Of a DNA stretch of 64,000 bases, positions 13,101-24,517 are shown in pieces (positions within the stretch are counted from its first letter, which is position 1; each line of letters starts with the position of its first letter). A program made the position numbers and the translations under genes. The notes beneath the pieces were generated by a model. The model saw nothing but the letters and a program-made list of their open reading frames with translations. It searched no databases and had not been told where the DNA came from. Source of the DNA: Chiloscyllium plagiosum (taxonomy: Eukaryota); the NCBI RefSeq assembly GCF_004010195.1, contig NC_057755.1, forward strand, positions 10,785,497 to 10,849,496. Reading direction: 5' to 3'.

Positions 13101-16100
13101 CAGAGAAGTTATCAATGATTAGGGGATCAGTTCATAGCGTCCTTAAGATTGGGGAATCTAAATTGCATTCTTCTGACACATTAGGGCTTTGCCGTGTCTG
13201 TTAGATCAGTAAGTACAGGGTCTGACGAATTGTAGTGAGGCTGGTCAGGAAATTAACACTAAATATTTTTTCCTTTCCTGTCTACCATTTTAACTTGTCA
13301 CTGGACAGAAACCCCAAGTTTTGAAAAAAAAATCCATGATTAGTTTAAATTAAATGCATTTTGTCAGGTGCTTAGTTTTCCTGGGCATAACCTGTAAGGA
13401 AAATGATATTTTTTTCCCTGCTGTAATTATTTGGAAGCGTTTGCAATCTGATCATTAAGTAAGTTGCAATATCTAGCAGCTGAAACATGCCAATTGAAAA
13501 GGCTCCCGTTCAATGACTTGTGGGGCTGAGTTCCCAGAGTGCACAATGGTTAATAATGAGGCTGTACACACAGCAGATAATGAACTCAGGAATTTCCCGT
13601 TATGTATGGGCGCCTGTCAGGAATAGGATTGTTTTTACAGTATTGCCAAAAACCCCTGGGCCAGGTACACCTGCAAGAAATGGTGAGCTAATGTTTAAGG
13701 CAGTACAGTGGGATTGTCCTGTCAGGCTACATAGACTCCCTACTGTGTGGAAGCAGGCCATTCAGCCTATCAAATCCACACCGACCCTCTGAAAAGCGTC
13801 CCACCCAGATCTAACCCTCTCTCTGTGACACTGCATTTCCCATGACCCATCTATGTAGCCAGTGCATCCCTACACACGATGGGCAGTTTATCAGGACCAA
13901 TCCACCTGACCTGCACATCTTTGGACTGTGGGAGGAAACCCATACAGACACTGGGAGAATGCGCAAACTACACACAGACAGTCCCCCGAGGCTGGAATCA
14001 AGCCTGGGTCCCTGGCACTGTGAGGCAAGAGTGCTGACCACTGAGCTGCCCCATGGGCATGGACACTTCACTCAATGATATTACTGTCTCGGTCTTATTA
14101 TAGAAATTTCTATAATATTGAGTATAATCTAGTGCTTACAATATATAAAGTAAAAGAGAATCGACGCTTTATCATTTCGTTCTCAGAATATCAGCCCATT
14201 CTCAAAGAATGAGGTGGTGACCAGAATTATACAATGCACTCCACGTGTGGTCTAAAGCAAACCTCAACATCAGGCTGGTATGGCGCAGTGGTAGTGTACC
14301 TAGCTCTCGGCCAGAGGTCAGGGCTACATTCCTGTTTGCCTTTATTTGTTGACAGACTGAATTGAAAATAAAGCCTGCACAGGGTTTGCTTGTTTTACGG
14401 ACTGATTCACCAGTGTCACTGTGTTTTCCCCATCTCCCGTAAGCCTCTACGCTAATACACATGTATTTTCTGAGTGATGTGCAGACTCCTTTTAAGGTCT
14501 AATAGTTTGTTGCACTCACTACAGAAGTGAGGATTCCCCTCCTCCCACCTTCTTCCGTTTGCAAGTTGACGTTTGTTTGGAATCAAAAACAATTATCTGA
14601 ATTATGAATGCTAATTGTGAACAACAATGCTGTCAACAATTTTGCTTGTGGAGCATCACTCTGTAACTTAGTGACTCTAACCAACCTCTCTTTAGGTATT
14701 TTTAATCAATCTGTTCAGACATGTTATGACACATGACTTAACATGTTGTGACTTGAACCCAGACCAACTGGCCTAGAGCAAGGACACTACCACTGCGCCA
14801 TAACTGCCCTATAACTACCCTTTATCCTCATTCTCCACTTACTGTCTTGAAGGCATCAAGCTGATTATTCTGCTTTCTGACTCCACTTTCTCTGACCTTC
14901 GTTAGTTTGTGTTGTATTAAGTGGTGGATGTGGCTACAATTGCAATGTCTGAAATGTATTTGGACAGATACATGTATAGGAAAGGTTTGGAGGGATGTGA
15001 GCCAGGAGCAGGCAGGTGGGACTAGTTTATTTTGGGATTATGTTCGGCATGGACTGGTTGGACTGAAGGATCAGTTTCCATGCTGTGTGACTCTTTGACT
15101 TTTCTTAAAAGCAAGTAATTTAATCATTGCATTACTGTCATGTACTATTTCTATGAGGAAACTGGTGGTATGTGGTAATGTCAATGTAAGAATAATCTTC
15201 AGCTCCAGGCTAACATTCAGGTGACAAGGGATTTTATTCCCACCTCAGCAAGTAGTTGTCCGTAACTGCCCTCAGAAAGCCGAGTAATGACTCGATTGTA
15301 TCAAACTTCTAAAATGCCTAAACAAGCAAATGAATGGACCACCCAACACCCATCTAAACTACACCATATGAGCATGGCAGACCCAGCCCCCTCAATTGTG
15401 CAAACCCCTTCTGATTAGCATCTGGGGGCTTGTGCCAAAGTTATGGAAACTTGTTCACAAACTAGTCAAGCAACATAACCGCGCTCTCAGAATTACACCA
15501 CACAGATACTATCGCCCCCACCATTCCTGGTGTCCAAGCCGCAGCACAGACTGTCCACTGGAGTGGTGCCAGATGATTGGAGGTTAGCAAATGTTATGTC
15601 CTTGTTCAAGAAAGGGAATAGGGATAATCCGGGGAATTACAGACTAGTCACTCTTACGTCTGTCGTGAGCAAGTTATTGAAGAGAATTCTTAAAGACAGA
15701 ATTTATGATTACTTGGAAAATCATAGTTTGATGTCATGTCAGCATGGCTTTGTGAGAGACAGGTCATGCCTCACAAATCTTATTGAATCCTTTGAGGATG
15801 TGACAAAACACATTGATTCAGGTAGAGCAGTGAATATGGTGCACATGTATTTTAGCAAGGTGTTTGACAAGGTTCCCCATACTAGGCTCATTCAGAATGT
15901 AAGGAGGCATAGGATACAGAGACATTTGGCAGTCTGGATACAGAATTGGCTGGCCCATAGAAGACGCAGGGTGGTAGTAGATGGAAAGTATTCAGCCTGG
16001 AGCTCGGTGACCAATGGTGTTCCACAGGGATCGGTTCTGAGACCTATGCTGTTTGTGATTTTTATAAATAACTTGGATAAGGAAGTGGAAGGGTGGGTTT

Positions 16101-18718
16101 GTAAGTTTGCTGATGACTCAAAGGTTGATGTAGTGGTGGATAGCATGGAGGGCTGTTGCAACTTCCCTATTAATCGTCTGCACTGGCACATGGGATCCCG
16201 TCCCATTTTAAGTGAAATCAATTCCTTTAGTACAATTTCTTTCATGTCTCATAAAACTGACCATATCTGCACCTGATCATCTCATGAGCTACATTTTAAT
16301 TCTTCAGATCTGACAGCCTGTTTGTCAGATTTCACTGGCCACAGCGATAACTGAGAAATTATTACTCCCTGCGTCCAGCTTTTAACTTTGATCTACATGT
16401 GTTATGTTTGCCTAGCAGAATTTCCATCCTGTTCCTACCCGTGCCCTCAGTTCTAACATGAACCACCAGATCCCTCTCCCTTTCCAGATGAGAGATCCCT
16501 CAGCCTGGCACCTAGTAGTTAATACGTCTTACAGGGTTCTTATGTGTCACCACAGTGGACACTATCTGTTTCCTTTTTGATAGAATCCTGTATTACTGCT
16601 TTATTACAACAGCTGTTCCCTTCCTGAGCAACCTTCAAAGTGAAGTGCCTTCACAGTCTCTGTACCCAGAGCATTGTACCTGTTGGATGGACAAGTGCCC
16701 GGGGAACTGTTGCCTGAACATATCCCAGGTGCCCACCATGTTGTACCCAGCACACTCATGCTCTGCATCTCATTGCTGTGATCTCCTCTCAAGTGTAATT
16801 GTGTTTCAAATAAAACAGTTCAGAAGTTTCTCTCCATACCCCCAATTCTGTTTTAGAATGTTTCTACCTTTGAGACACAAGGCAGATCTTTCCTAATGTT
16901 GGAGTCTGAAATAGTCTGCCATCCACAATTTCCCTTCTATGACAGTCGGACCATTTCTAGTTTTAAAGAAGACCAACTAATTATCTCTGATTTTCTGTTA
17001 CCCCATTGTGTAATGTTTAATGACACTCCTGTGAATGTTGTGAGGGCAGCACAAACTGCTGCCTCACGTCGCCAAGCACCTGGGTTTGAATCCAGCCTCA
17101 GGCGACTGTCTGTGTGGAGTTTGCACATTCTCCCCACCTCTCTGTGCGTTTCCTCCGGGTGCTCTGATTTCCTCCCACAGTACAACAATGTGCAGGTTAG
17201 GTGGAAAATGCAGGGCTACAGGGTAGGGTAGGGGGCGGGAGGTGGGTTTGGGTGGGATGCTGTTCAGAGGATCAGTGTGGACTCAGTGGGCCGAATTACC
17301 CACTTCCACGCTGTGATTCTCTGAGTTGTGCAGAGTGAGAATCGTTGCCAGTGATTTTCTTCTGTTCATTCTTTCACTCGTTTGTTCATTGTTTAGTTCT
17401 CTGTCTCTCTTCTCCCCCCACCCCCCCCACTGATATCAGACAAAGAAATACTGTATCTGTTGATGGATTTGTTTGTTTCTCACTGTCTGTCTGTTTATGG
17501 TTAGACTGGGAAGAAATAAGCTGGGAGATCCTGGAGTTAAACTATTAGCTGCAGCTCTGATGAACCAAGACTGCAAAATACAGAAACTGGAGTAAGTATC
17601 ACACTGAGAGTTTTGTTTTTCTCACACATCGTGGTGTTAGTAAAAGAAATGATCCATACTGTGGGGTTTGCTCTGATTCCAGTTCCTTCTCTCTTCTTGA
17701 TCCTCCCAGACTGAAGAGTAACGCTCTCACAGATTGTTGTGCTGAGGACCTTGCCTCTGCTCTTGGAACAAATCAGACATTGGTGATTCTGTCCCTGAGT
17801 AATAACAAACTGGGCGATTCAGGAGTCAAACTGCTGTCCGTGGCTTTGAGGAACCCGGACTGTAAAATACAGACATTAGTGTAAGGTCAAATTGTGGTAC
17901 TGTGACTTAATTGGATGCTGGTTGGGAGTATTATGATAAATTATGGTGTTATTAGTAAATACTGAAATTCCTCCTCTTTCTCTCTCTGATTCTCAGGCTG
18001 AAGAATAACTCTCTCACAAATTCTTGCACTGAAGATCTAGCCTCCACTCTCAGCACAAACCGGTCGTTAACGGACCTGATTCTGGGTGGGAATAAACTGG
18101 GTGATTCAGGAGTGAAACTACTGTCCGCAGCTCTGAGGAGCCCCGACTGCAAAATCCAGAAACTGCTGTGAGTTCCAGGTTGTGAGAGATTGTGTGCTTG
18201 GAGCTGGACGTCTGAGAGTTTAACTTATCGTGAATAGTGTATTCGCAAACACTGGGAATTTACATTAACCTCTGTTGCTTCTCTTGTCTTGCCCCCAGAC
18301 TGTGGGATGTTGGAATCACTGATTCTTGTACCGAGGATCTAATTTCTGCTCTCAGTACAAACCGGATTCTGACGGATCTAAACCTGGGGTCAAACGCCTT
18401 CACGGATCGATCGGTCCCTGCTTTCTCCCACCTCATACAGACATGCAGGAGTCTAAAGTGGATTTGGTGAGTGCTCATGGTGATAATCTAGGGAATAAGT
18501 GAATGACAAGTTTGGTTTGTAATTTCTAGGTGTGGCATCCGTTTGAACTGTCTGAATACCAAGCCCCGTCGGCCTGTCGCAGCGTTGTTGAATCTGTTTA
18601 TTTTTCTGTGTCATCATTAATCTGTTTCAGGCTGGGACGAAATCGGTTCAGTCCAAGCAAAAAGAGACACCTCAAGTTGCTGCAGAACTCCAGACCAGGG
18701 CTGAGCGTCGAAGTATGA
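1007..18718 (+). CDS. NLR-family innate immune receptor (CARD-like death fold, FISNA-like linker, NACHT, RI-like LRRs; NLRP3/NLRC3-like type). join(1007-1103,7338-7504,8539-8710,10379-12113,17505-17591,17710-17880,17997-18167,18299-18466,18631-18718)
   Basis: All introns are GT..AG with matching phases (1,0,1,2,2,2,2,2). The joined 2856 nt is open to TGA at 18716-18718; 924 aa if started at ATG 1088. An upstream exon or a small extra exon in 8711-10378 cannot be excluded. Confidence 0.9.
1308..2117. mobile_element. Penelope-like retroelement remnant (GIY-YIG endonuclease region + 3' terminal repeat) with inverted 5' part; interrupted by a CR1 fragment ~1860-2045
   Basis: Minus 1308-1612 reads ...TTLPY...[39 protein letters not shown]; plus strand from 1611 continues LSLAAIHT...[15 protein letters not shown]...DPIYQPL. 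Confidence 0.85.
1816..1854 (+). ncRNA. Minimal type-I hammerhead ribozyme motif in Penelope terminal repeat (A9 mutated to G)
   Basis: GCA-CTGAAGG-stem II-GAAA-CG-TC-TGC; stem I GCA/TGC, palindromic ACGT stem III, GUC triplet. Confidence 0.6.
2465..2657. mobile_element. Degenerate MITE-like DNA transposon remnant
   Basis: Imperfect terminal inverted similarity (gttcttcaataa / ttataacagaac) and CpG-rich cgcattata motifs. Confidence 0.4.
2900..4069 (-). mobile_element. CR1 LINE ORF2 3' fragment with nested tRNA-derived SINE (~3450-3672, -)
   Basis: ORF 3268-3453 [25 protein letters not shown] head gcttagctcagctgg...gggttcaattcc. Confidence 0.8.
4070..4653 (-). mobile_element. Possible solo LTR
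   Basis: TG...CA ends, AATAAA on the minus strand at ~4137; no target-site duplication seen. Confidence 0.3.
4870..5510 (-). mobile_element. CR1 LINE 3' fragment
   Basis: ORF 5085-5321 ISYEERV...[13 protein letters not shown]. Confidence 0.85.
6356..7227. mobile_element. Tigger/pogo-like (Tc1/mariner) MITE with TA flanks and nested HER1/CR1 3' fragment (~6515-6920, +)
   Basis: TIRs TA-CAGAGGAACCTCGACTATCCGAAT ... ATTCGGATAATCGAGGTTCCTCATG-TA. Confidence 0.8.
7338..7504 (+). CDS. NLR exon, first half of CARD-like domain ([10 protein letters not shown]...YFTDQEHC)
   Basis: ttttcacAG acceptor, GTAAGT donor at 7505; ORF 7325-7621. Confidence 0.88.
7615..7821. mobile_element. Palindromic Penelope-derived element with a hammerhead motif on each strand
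   Basis: ~90-bp near-perfect inverted arms centred at ~7705. Confidence 0.8.
7711..7745 (+). ncRNA. Minimal type-I hammerhead ribozyme motif (core complete)
   Basis: CAC-CTGATGA-A-GGAGC(GTC)GCTCC-GAAA-GC-TA-GTG; stem I CAC/GTG, 5-bp stem II, palindromic AGCT stem III, CUA triplet. Confidence 0.7.
7829..8137 (+). mobile_element. HE1-type SINE
   Basis: GGCACGGTGGCACAGTGGTTAGCAC head, GGTTCAATTCC B-box, V-SINE-like core, (AATCT)n tail. Confidence 0.9.
8539..8710 (+). CDS. NLR exon, second half of CARD-like domain ([57 protein letters not shown])
   Basis: ccacacAG acceptor, G|GTACAG donor; [13 protein letters not shown] resembles the CARD helix 4-5 pattern. Confidence 0.88.
9530..9838 (+). mobile_element. 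HE1-type SINE
   Basis: Same family as 7829-8137. Confidence 0.88.
10000..10305 (+). mobile_element. HE1-type SINE (diverged)
   Basis: tRNA-like head and gtgtggagtttgcac core. Confidence 0.85.
10379..12113 (+). CDS. NLR large exon: FISNA-like region, NACHT NTPase, HD1/WHD/HD2, first LRR
   Basis: ORF 10387-12117; Walker [10 protein letters not shown], Walker [11 protein letters not shown], sensor-1 [25 protein letters not shown] donor. Confidence 0.96.
12135..13036. mobile_element. Long palindromic Penelope-derived element (arms ~230-240 bp) with nested HE1 SINE at 12370-12705
   Basis: 12162-12369 plus 12708-12730 is the reverse complement of ~12793-13036; same terminal sequence as 7615-7821. 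Confidence 0.8.
13735..14052 (-). mobile_element. HE1-type SINE
   Basis: Reverse complement of the family sequence. Confidence 0.85.
15545..16162 (+). mobile_element. CR1 LINE reverse transcriptase fragment
   Basis: ORF 15530-16276: [10 protein letters not shown]...QHGF...GVPQGSVL...KFADD. Confidence 0.92.
17045..17320 (+). mobile_element. HE1-type SINE (5'-damaged)
   Basis: Family core and CR1-derived tail. Confidence 0.8.
17505..17591 (+). CDS. NLR LRR exon (87 bp; [28 protein letters not shown])
   Basis: AG/GTAAGT, phase 2-2, RI-like LRR consensus. Confidence 0.92.
17710..17880 (+). CDS. NLR LRR exon (171 bp)
   Basis: [18 protein letters not shown]...[30 protein letters not shown]; 171-bp phase-2 exon typical of NLRP-type LRRs. 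Confidence 0.94.
17997..18167 (+). CDS. NLR LRR exon (171 bp)
   Basis: [18 protein letters not shown]...[36 protein letters not shown]. Confidence 0.94.
18299..18466 (+). CDS. NLR LRR exon (168 bp)
   Basis: [18 protein letters not shown]...[37 protein letters not shown]. Confidence 0.92.
18631..18718 (+). CDS. NLR terminal coding exon ([28 protein letters not shown])
   Basis: tgtttcAG acceptor, phase consistent, TGA stop. Confidence 0.9.
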
Positions 18719-19744
18719 ACGTTTCAATTTGTTGTTGTTACTGGTCTTGTTACGTGAACAGTTTGGGCCGATTTTCAATTCCTTCCCTTTAATCGGCCAC
18801 CCTCCGGGTTGAGATCCTCTTGGCTGTTTGCTCGTTCCAAGCTCGAGCCGAGCCCTAGTGCCACCCCTGCCACCCTGTTCGTGATGCCAGGGGCACAGGG
18901 TCATGAGACTCGGTTGCCTGGCCCCAGGGCTCTGCTTTTGCAGGGATATCTTGGCCTTGAATGTTTCCTGCTTCAAGCTCTGAGGAAATGCGTGCTCAGG
19001 AAGGGGCCGTCCTGGGGCTCAGTCTGGCCTGTAGTACGAACACTCAGTATTTCTGGGTTATTAGATACACTCACAGTGCCCACGCTCAGTGTCAGTTCCC
19101 GTCGATCCTCCCGGCAAACGAACGTGAGTGAATTCAGGATGGAAATACGGTATATTCAGCTGGGTTGATTCCATCATCCAAAGGCGGTGAGCATCTCGTG
19201 TCGGCTTACCCCCTGCTGGGTCAACAAGCCGAGAGGAGAAAGCAGCAAACTGCTACGTGGGAATCTGCCCTTGTGGGGTTGTTTTGTGGGCCTTTGCAGT
19301 TTTCAGGCCCCCGATCTTCCTGTAATTCTGGCATCATCATGGGAACCGGTGTTACCCAAGGAAATTTAGAATTACTGCAGACTGAATTTTAAAATGGATT
19401 TGTTGTGGATCATGAGATGTTTCAAAAGAGCTGATGATCCCATGGAACATACTGCAAAATGGAGGTACTAATGAACGGACTTGTATAAACCTGTATTTGC
19501 GTGGCTTTGTATAATGATGCACAACTTGGAAATGTTTCCTACTTTGTTAAACTTCACCTCTGCATCACGCGTCCTGGATTAAATAAGTAAAGAACTGAGA
19601 CCAGTTGTTGCTTGTTTTTGAATTAAATGATATGTTATCTTAACCAAGGGCAGGGTCAGGGATTTTAACAATTTAAAAATTGCCCGACCTACCCACTAAC
19701 CCCGAATACCCATCTCAAAAGCAGCAGTAGTGTTAGTAGCCCTT

Positions 19745-20080
19745 TAAAGGAACAGAGAAGCATTTCTGTGGCTGTCAGTGTGACTCTTAAGATGGTGTAT
19801 TGCATCTCTGCTGCTAGGGTCTTGGATGTCACAGAGTGGCTGCAGGATGTTCTGAGAGGGAGGGTGAGTAGCAGAGGTAGCGGTCTTCATTGGAGCCAAC
19901 AGCATAGGCGGCAGCAGAGGTGAGGTCTTGCAATTAGAATTTAGGAAGCTAGGTAGATAGTTGGCAAACAGGATCTCTAAGGTAACCTGAGGATTACTCC
20001 ACGCCAAAATGAGTTTAGAAAGAAGACGATGAGGCTTAGCTGAAAAGATGATGCAGGAAGGCGTGCTTCAGATTCCTGCG
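19745..20080 (+). mobile_element. CR1 ORF1 (esterase-like) fragment
   Basis: Similar to 40778-41182 (gtcacagagtggctgcaggatgttctgagagggagggtgag). Confidence 0.6.
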
Positions 20081-20199
20081 ACTTGTTCTGCCTGTGTGAG
20101 GGGTTATCAGTAGGGTTGTGGAAATCAGGAGAGAAAGTTGCAGTGTGATACCTGGCTGCACAAAATACCAGTAGAGGCAAAGATGATGAAAATATAGCA

Positions 20200-21975
20200 A
20201 GCTAATCAGTGAAGCAGCTGGTTCAGTTTCTACTGATTGATTGTAGTAAAAGGCTCACGCCCCAAGCCTGAGGAGGGTGGGGGTTTGAAATTGGCTGAGA
20301 AAGATTCACTTTGGTTGGCTCAGCATTTTTTGATAGAAAATGACTGTTCGGGTAATGTCCTAATGAAGTCTCAGGATTACCAAAGGAGCAAAGGCCACCT
20401 TGCATGTTGACCAGGAAGCAATTACCTGATTCTGCAAGGCCCGCCCAGTGCCATTTTCCTTACGGGGAAAAGCAGAGGCAGAAATTCAGGAGGCTGGAAA
20501 GGGAAGGAATCATCAACCCAGTACAGTTTGCAGAATGGACAGGACCAGGCGAACCAATTGTGGGGATTTTAAACAAACTGTGAAGCAATTCTCTCAATTA
20601 GATTTTAAAAAAAAACAATCCCTCATTATAGAGGATGGCATTTTATTATCGGGAGGCTGGGGGATTGTCCTGAGCAAAATCTCTCCCCACCTACTGGCTG
20701 AACGCCACCAGGGTCGTCCACGGGTTTCCAAAATAAAGGTGTTGGTGTGACATTATGTCTGCTGGCCAGGATTGGATGCCAACATAGCGACCTTAGTGGG
20801 GCAGTTCCCAGAGTACCAACAAGGATAAAAATTACCTCCAGCAGGTGCCCCCCATACTCGGGGAACCAGCTGGGTAAACCATGGACTCAGTTACATGTGA
20901 GCTCAATGCTCTTGGTTATTGTGGATGCCCATTCAACGTGGTTAGAGCTCATTCGGCAATCTCCGTGATAGTGATTGGCAAGTTGTGAGCAGCATTCTCG
21001 TTACATGGGCTTCCAGAAGTATTGGTCACTGACAATGAGATGGCATATTCCAGCGGGGATTTTGAATATTTCCAGATGTCGAATGGCATTCAGCATGTTC
21101 AGCTCTCTCGGTACCATCCATCGATCAATGGTTTGGCAGAAAGAGCAATCCAAACATTGAAGGCAGGCTTAGAGAAACATCATACAGCTTCACTTGATAC
21201 CAAACTGTCCCAGTTCCTGTTTCATTATTGGTCCACTACTCGCACAATCATATGGATAGCTCCGACAGAGTTGCTGATGGGAAGGGGATGATGCACCAGG
21301 TTAAACCTGATATTCCCGGACCTGGGAGGTGGGGAGGCTGAAACAGCATCAGAAACACCAATACCAGCCGTATGCTTCCTCTCAGCAAGACAGACAGTTT
21401 ACTTCAGGGGATGAAGTTTGATGTCAAAACCACAGAAATGGCCCTGAATGGGGGCGAGGCGAGGTCAGATCTCGTGACATGTAATTCTTGGGTGAGTGAG
21501 GCAGTCCTGAACAAACATGGAGGTCACATGAGAGCTGCTGCCTTGCAAACGGGGCAGGAGCAAAACTTACCTGCCCCCCCCCCCATAGCAGCGAGAAAGG
21601 CTGTCAGAAACAGTGTTCTCCCCCTCTGTGACATGTTGAAGAAACCTGAGTCTGAGATGGATGCAGCCTTGATGCTGTTACACCTGAAGAAGAGGAGGAA
21701 ACTTTCCCGAGATGCTCCAGGGGCAAGAGACTGATTATGGCCCAGTAAACATCACCTGTGTCCGAGTCAGAGTTGGAGGAACCAGACCTGTGGGAAGAAG
21801 CTGCAAGACAAAGAGCAGGCACATGTCCATGGATTTGGTGGTGGAGTAAGGTCGTCATTGGATGAGGGCAAGGTGGATCACATTGATTATGACATCCTTG
21901 ACTGGCGCTGTTAACCAGGGCCAATCAGGGTGCCCTGGCTGACAGTGTTCAACTGGAGATTGTCTCTGCCAAATG
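20200..21975 (+). mobile_element. Decayed Gypsy LTR retrotransposon (protease end, RT N-terminus fused to integrase, 3' LTR start ~21850)
   Basis: CKARPVPFSLR...CGDFKQTV; EDGILL...HQG...WPGLDANI; VDAHSTW; VTDN...YHPSINGLAERAIQTLK. Confidence 0.85.
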
Positions 21976-22659
21976 CCTGTCTCTCTTCTGTGGTGATGTT
22001 GGAGGCCAAGGGTTCTTGGAGAGGGGAGCATGCGGTGTCCACTAATGCCCTCGATGCTTTTAGGGAGAGGTTATCACTGCGGGTGATAGAGCTTTCATTT
22101 CATTTTCACCATTCCCGTTGTTTTCTCACGTAGGCCTTGCCCCTGTTGGGCTTTGCTTGTTCATGGTTCCCTGACCACAGTAGTGTTTTTTTTTCCTAGT
22201 GGTGGAATTACAGCATAAAGTTCTGACACAATGGTGCCTTTTTTACTGAGTCTGTTTATGCACACACAGCCGCAGGTACACGGGTGATGTGGGAGAAATG
22301 CAAGCGCTACTGCTGTCTTGTCAGGAGTAAATCAACAAAAAGCAAAGAGGAAAATAAAGAAAGAAAACAGGACGGTCTCCTCACTCTAGGCACTGACTTT
22401 AAGCTGGCTGGTTAGAGCCCACGTACTGTGAGCTTGTGAGTAAAGGCTGACTTGGGTGAATTGGTACCGACATCTGTGCAGTTATTTCAGTGTTAAATGA
22501 ATGCATTCCATTGGTACAAATGAGAAGTGATTGGAAATCTGAACTGGAATAAAAGAGAACAGACACTTGAGTGTTAGCAGAGTGTGGCTGCCGGGTGCCA
22601 CAAGGGAGGACGCTAAATGTTTTTAATTGTTTACTTGAGCACAAATTACCCAGTCAGCT

Positions 22660-23392
22660 TACTGCTCTCTGTTATAATGCAGTGATTGGGGCTGGGCCAG
22701 CATTGATAGCCTGTCCCTAGTTGCCCCTTGAGAATGTGGCTTCTTATCTGCGTGCTTGTAGGCTGACCCACAATACTCTGTGGGAGGAAATTCCAGGATT
22801 TTGATGCAACGACAGTGAAAGGGCAGTGATATATTTCCCAGGCTAGACAGTAAGTGACTTGGAGTGGAGTGTGGTGTTGCCATGTTTCTCCTTCCCCTCT
22901 CCTTCAAGATGGAAATTGGCCTGAGTTTGGATGTTGCTGTCTCAGGATCTTCGATGAATATCTGCTGTGTTTTTTGTAGCTGGTACGCACTGCTATTACT
23001 GAATGTTTGTGGTGGAGGGGCTGGATGTGGTTACAGTCATGTGATTTGCTTTGACCTGGATGGTGTCAATCTTCTTCAGTGTTGGTGGGTCTGTACTCCT
23101 GCAGATAAGTAGATTAAGGGGACTGAGATGAGGAGGAATTTGTGCCCTCAGAGGGTTGTGAGACTTGGGAGCTCCTTGACTCAGAGAGGTGTTGGGAAAG
23201 TGTCCTTGTCCATATTTAAAGCTGAGAGAGACAGTTTCCTGATCAGATGGGCAATGACTGGTTCTTGGGAAAATACAGGGAAGTGGACATGATGACTGTA
23301 GGATCAACCATGAGCCTATTGACTAATGGAGCAGGCTCAAGGGGCCGAACAGCCTCCTCCTGTCTTATTTATTATGGCATTGTGGTCTTATA
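22660..23392. mobile_element. Old L2/CR1-like LINE 3' fragments
   Basis: Minus-strand LINE tail (also at ~26405-26915, ~48100-48440, ~49270-49670) followed by a plus-strand CR1 3' end at 23110-23392. Confidence 0.55.
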
Positions 23393-24517
23393 GAACATCT
23401 ACCCAATGTCCCACTGAGCCACCAAATGTCACACACCCCATGTTAGAGAGGAATGACTGAAGACAATCACTTAACACCCAGTTCCATTCCAATCATCAAA
23501 CAGTTGATTTTATAGCCAGTGGGGAGTATGTCACTGAGTTTACCATGTTTTTATCTGCTCAGCAAAGGAGATCATGCACTTTGCTTACTTTTCCTTCAGC
23601 ACATCCTGGCTGCTTCAGGATTTCCTACACGATGAGTCTCAGTTGTTAAGAATTTTCTTCTTAATTAGTGTTAGTGCTCAGTATTTCTGTCACAGTAAAT
23701 CTTGGGTGCTAAGTCCCAATGTTCAGGGAGCTGCTTGGATATGGTGTGGTAAGTGACAATCCAGTCTACATTGTAAATAATGTGCCCGGACATAAAAGGG
23801 AGAAAGTAACAATAAAGAGTCGCAATTGTAGGGAAGAACTGAAACCTCAACTGGCATTTTATCGCAGATTATACAAAACAAAATGCAAGGCAGATGCAAA
23901 GGGGGTTCAGTAATGTTGACAATGGGGTAGTTTCAATGATGGAGGGTGGGAGATGACATACGACAATGGATACAACTGGACAAGTTTTTTTAGGTAATAG
24001 TGCCAAAGACTGAATGTGAATTGTGGAACACATTTAAATCTTGTATGTTATGGGTCCCAGCTGAGAATAATACTAGTCACATCCAGTCCCAGAAAGACCG
24101 TAGTTTGGAAGATTTTAAGTTTAATCTTTGCATTTGGTTGCCATGGTAGTCGGTCATTGAAAGTACTCAAATGAGGCTGTCACTATCCTCTCAGCACACG
24201 AACATAAATGTATTAATGAGAAAAATCCAAGCTGTAAATATATTAGAAATTGGAAAAGGTCTTAACATGAAACAGAAAAGAGACGACTTAATCTTTTGAC
24301 CAGCAATATCCTTTACGCATACTCAATCTCGTGATATATTATTCTAAATTAAATTAATTAATTTTTTGCACAACTGACTTAATTTAAATTTTTGTGGCTG
24401 AGAGGCACATTTCTAATTACAAGGACCTGGACATCTTTTCATTTAATGCAGCCAAGGAAATTCCAGAAGCTCTTTCAAGCTGAAAATCCTGTTGTATGAC
24501 TGGAAATACATCTTCAA

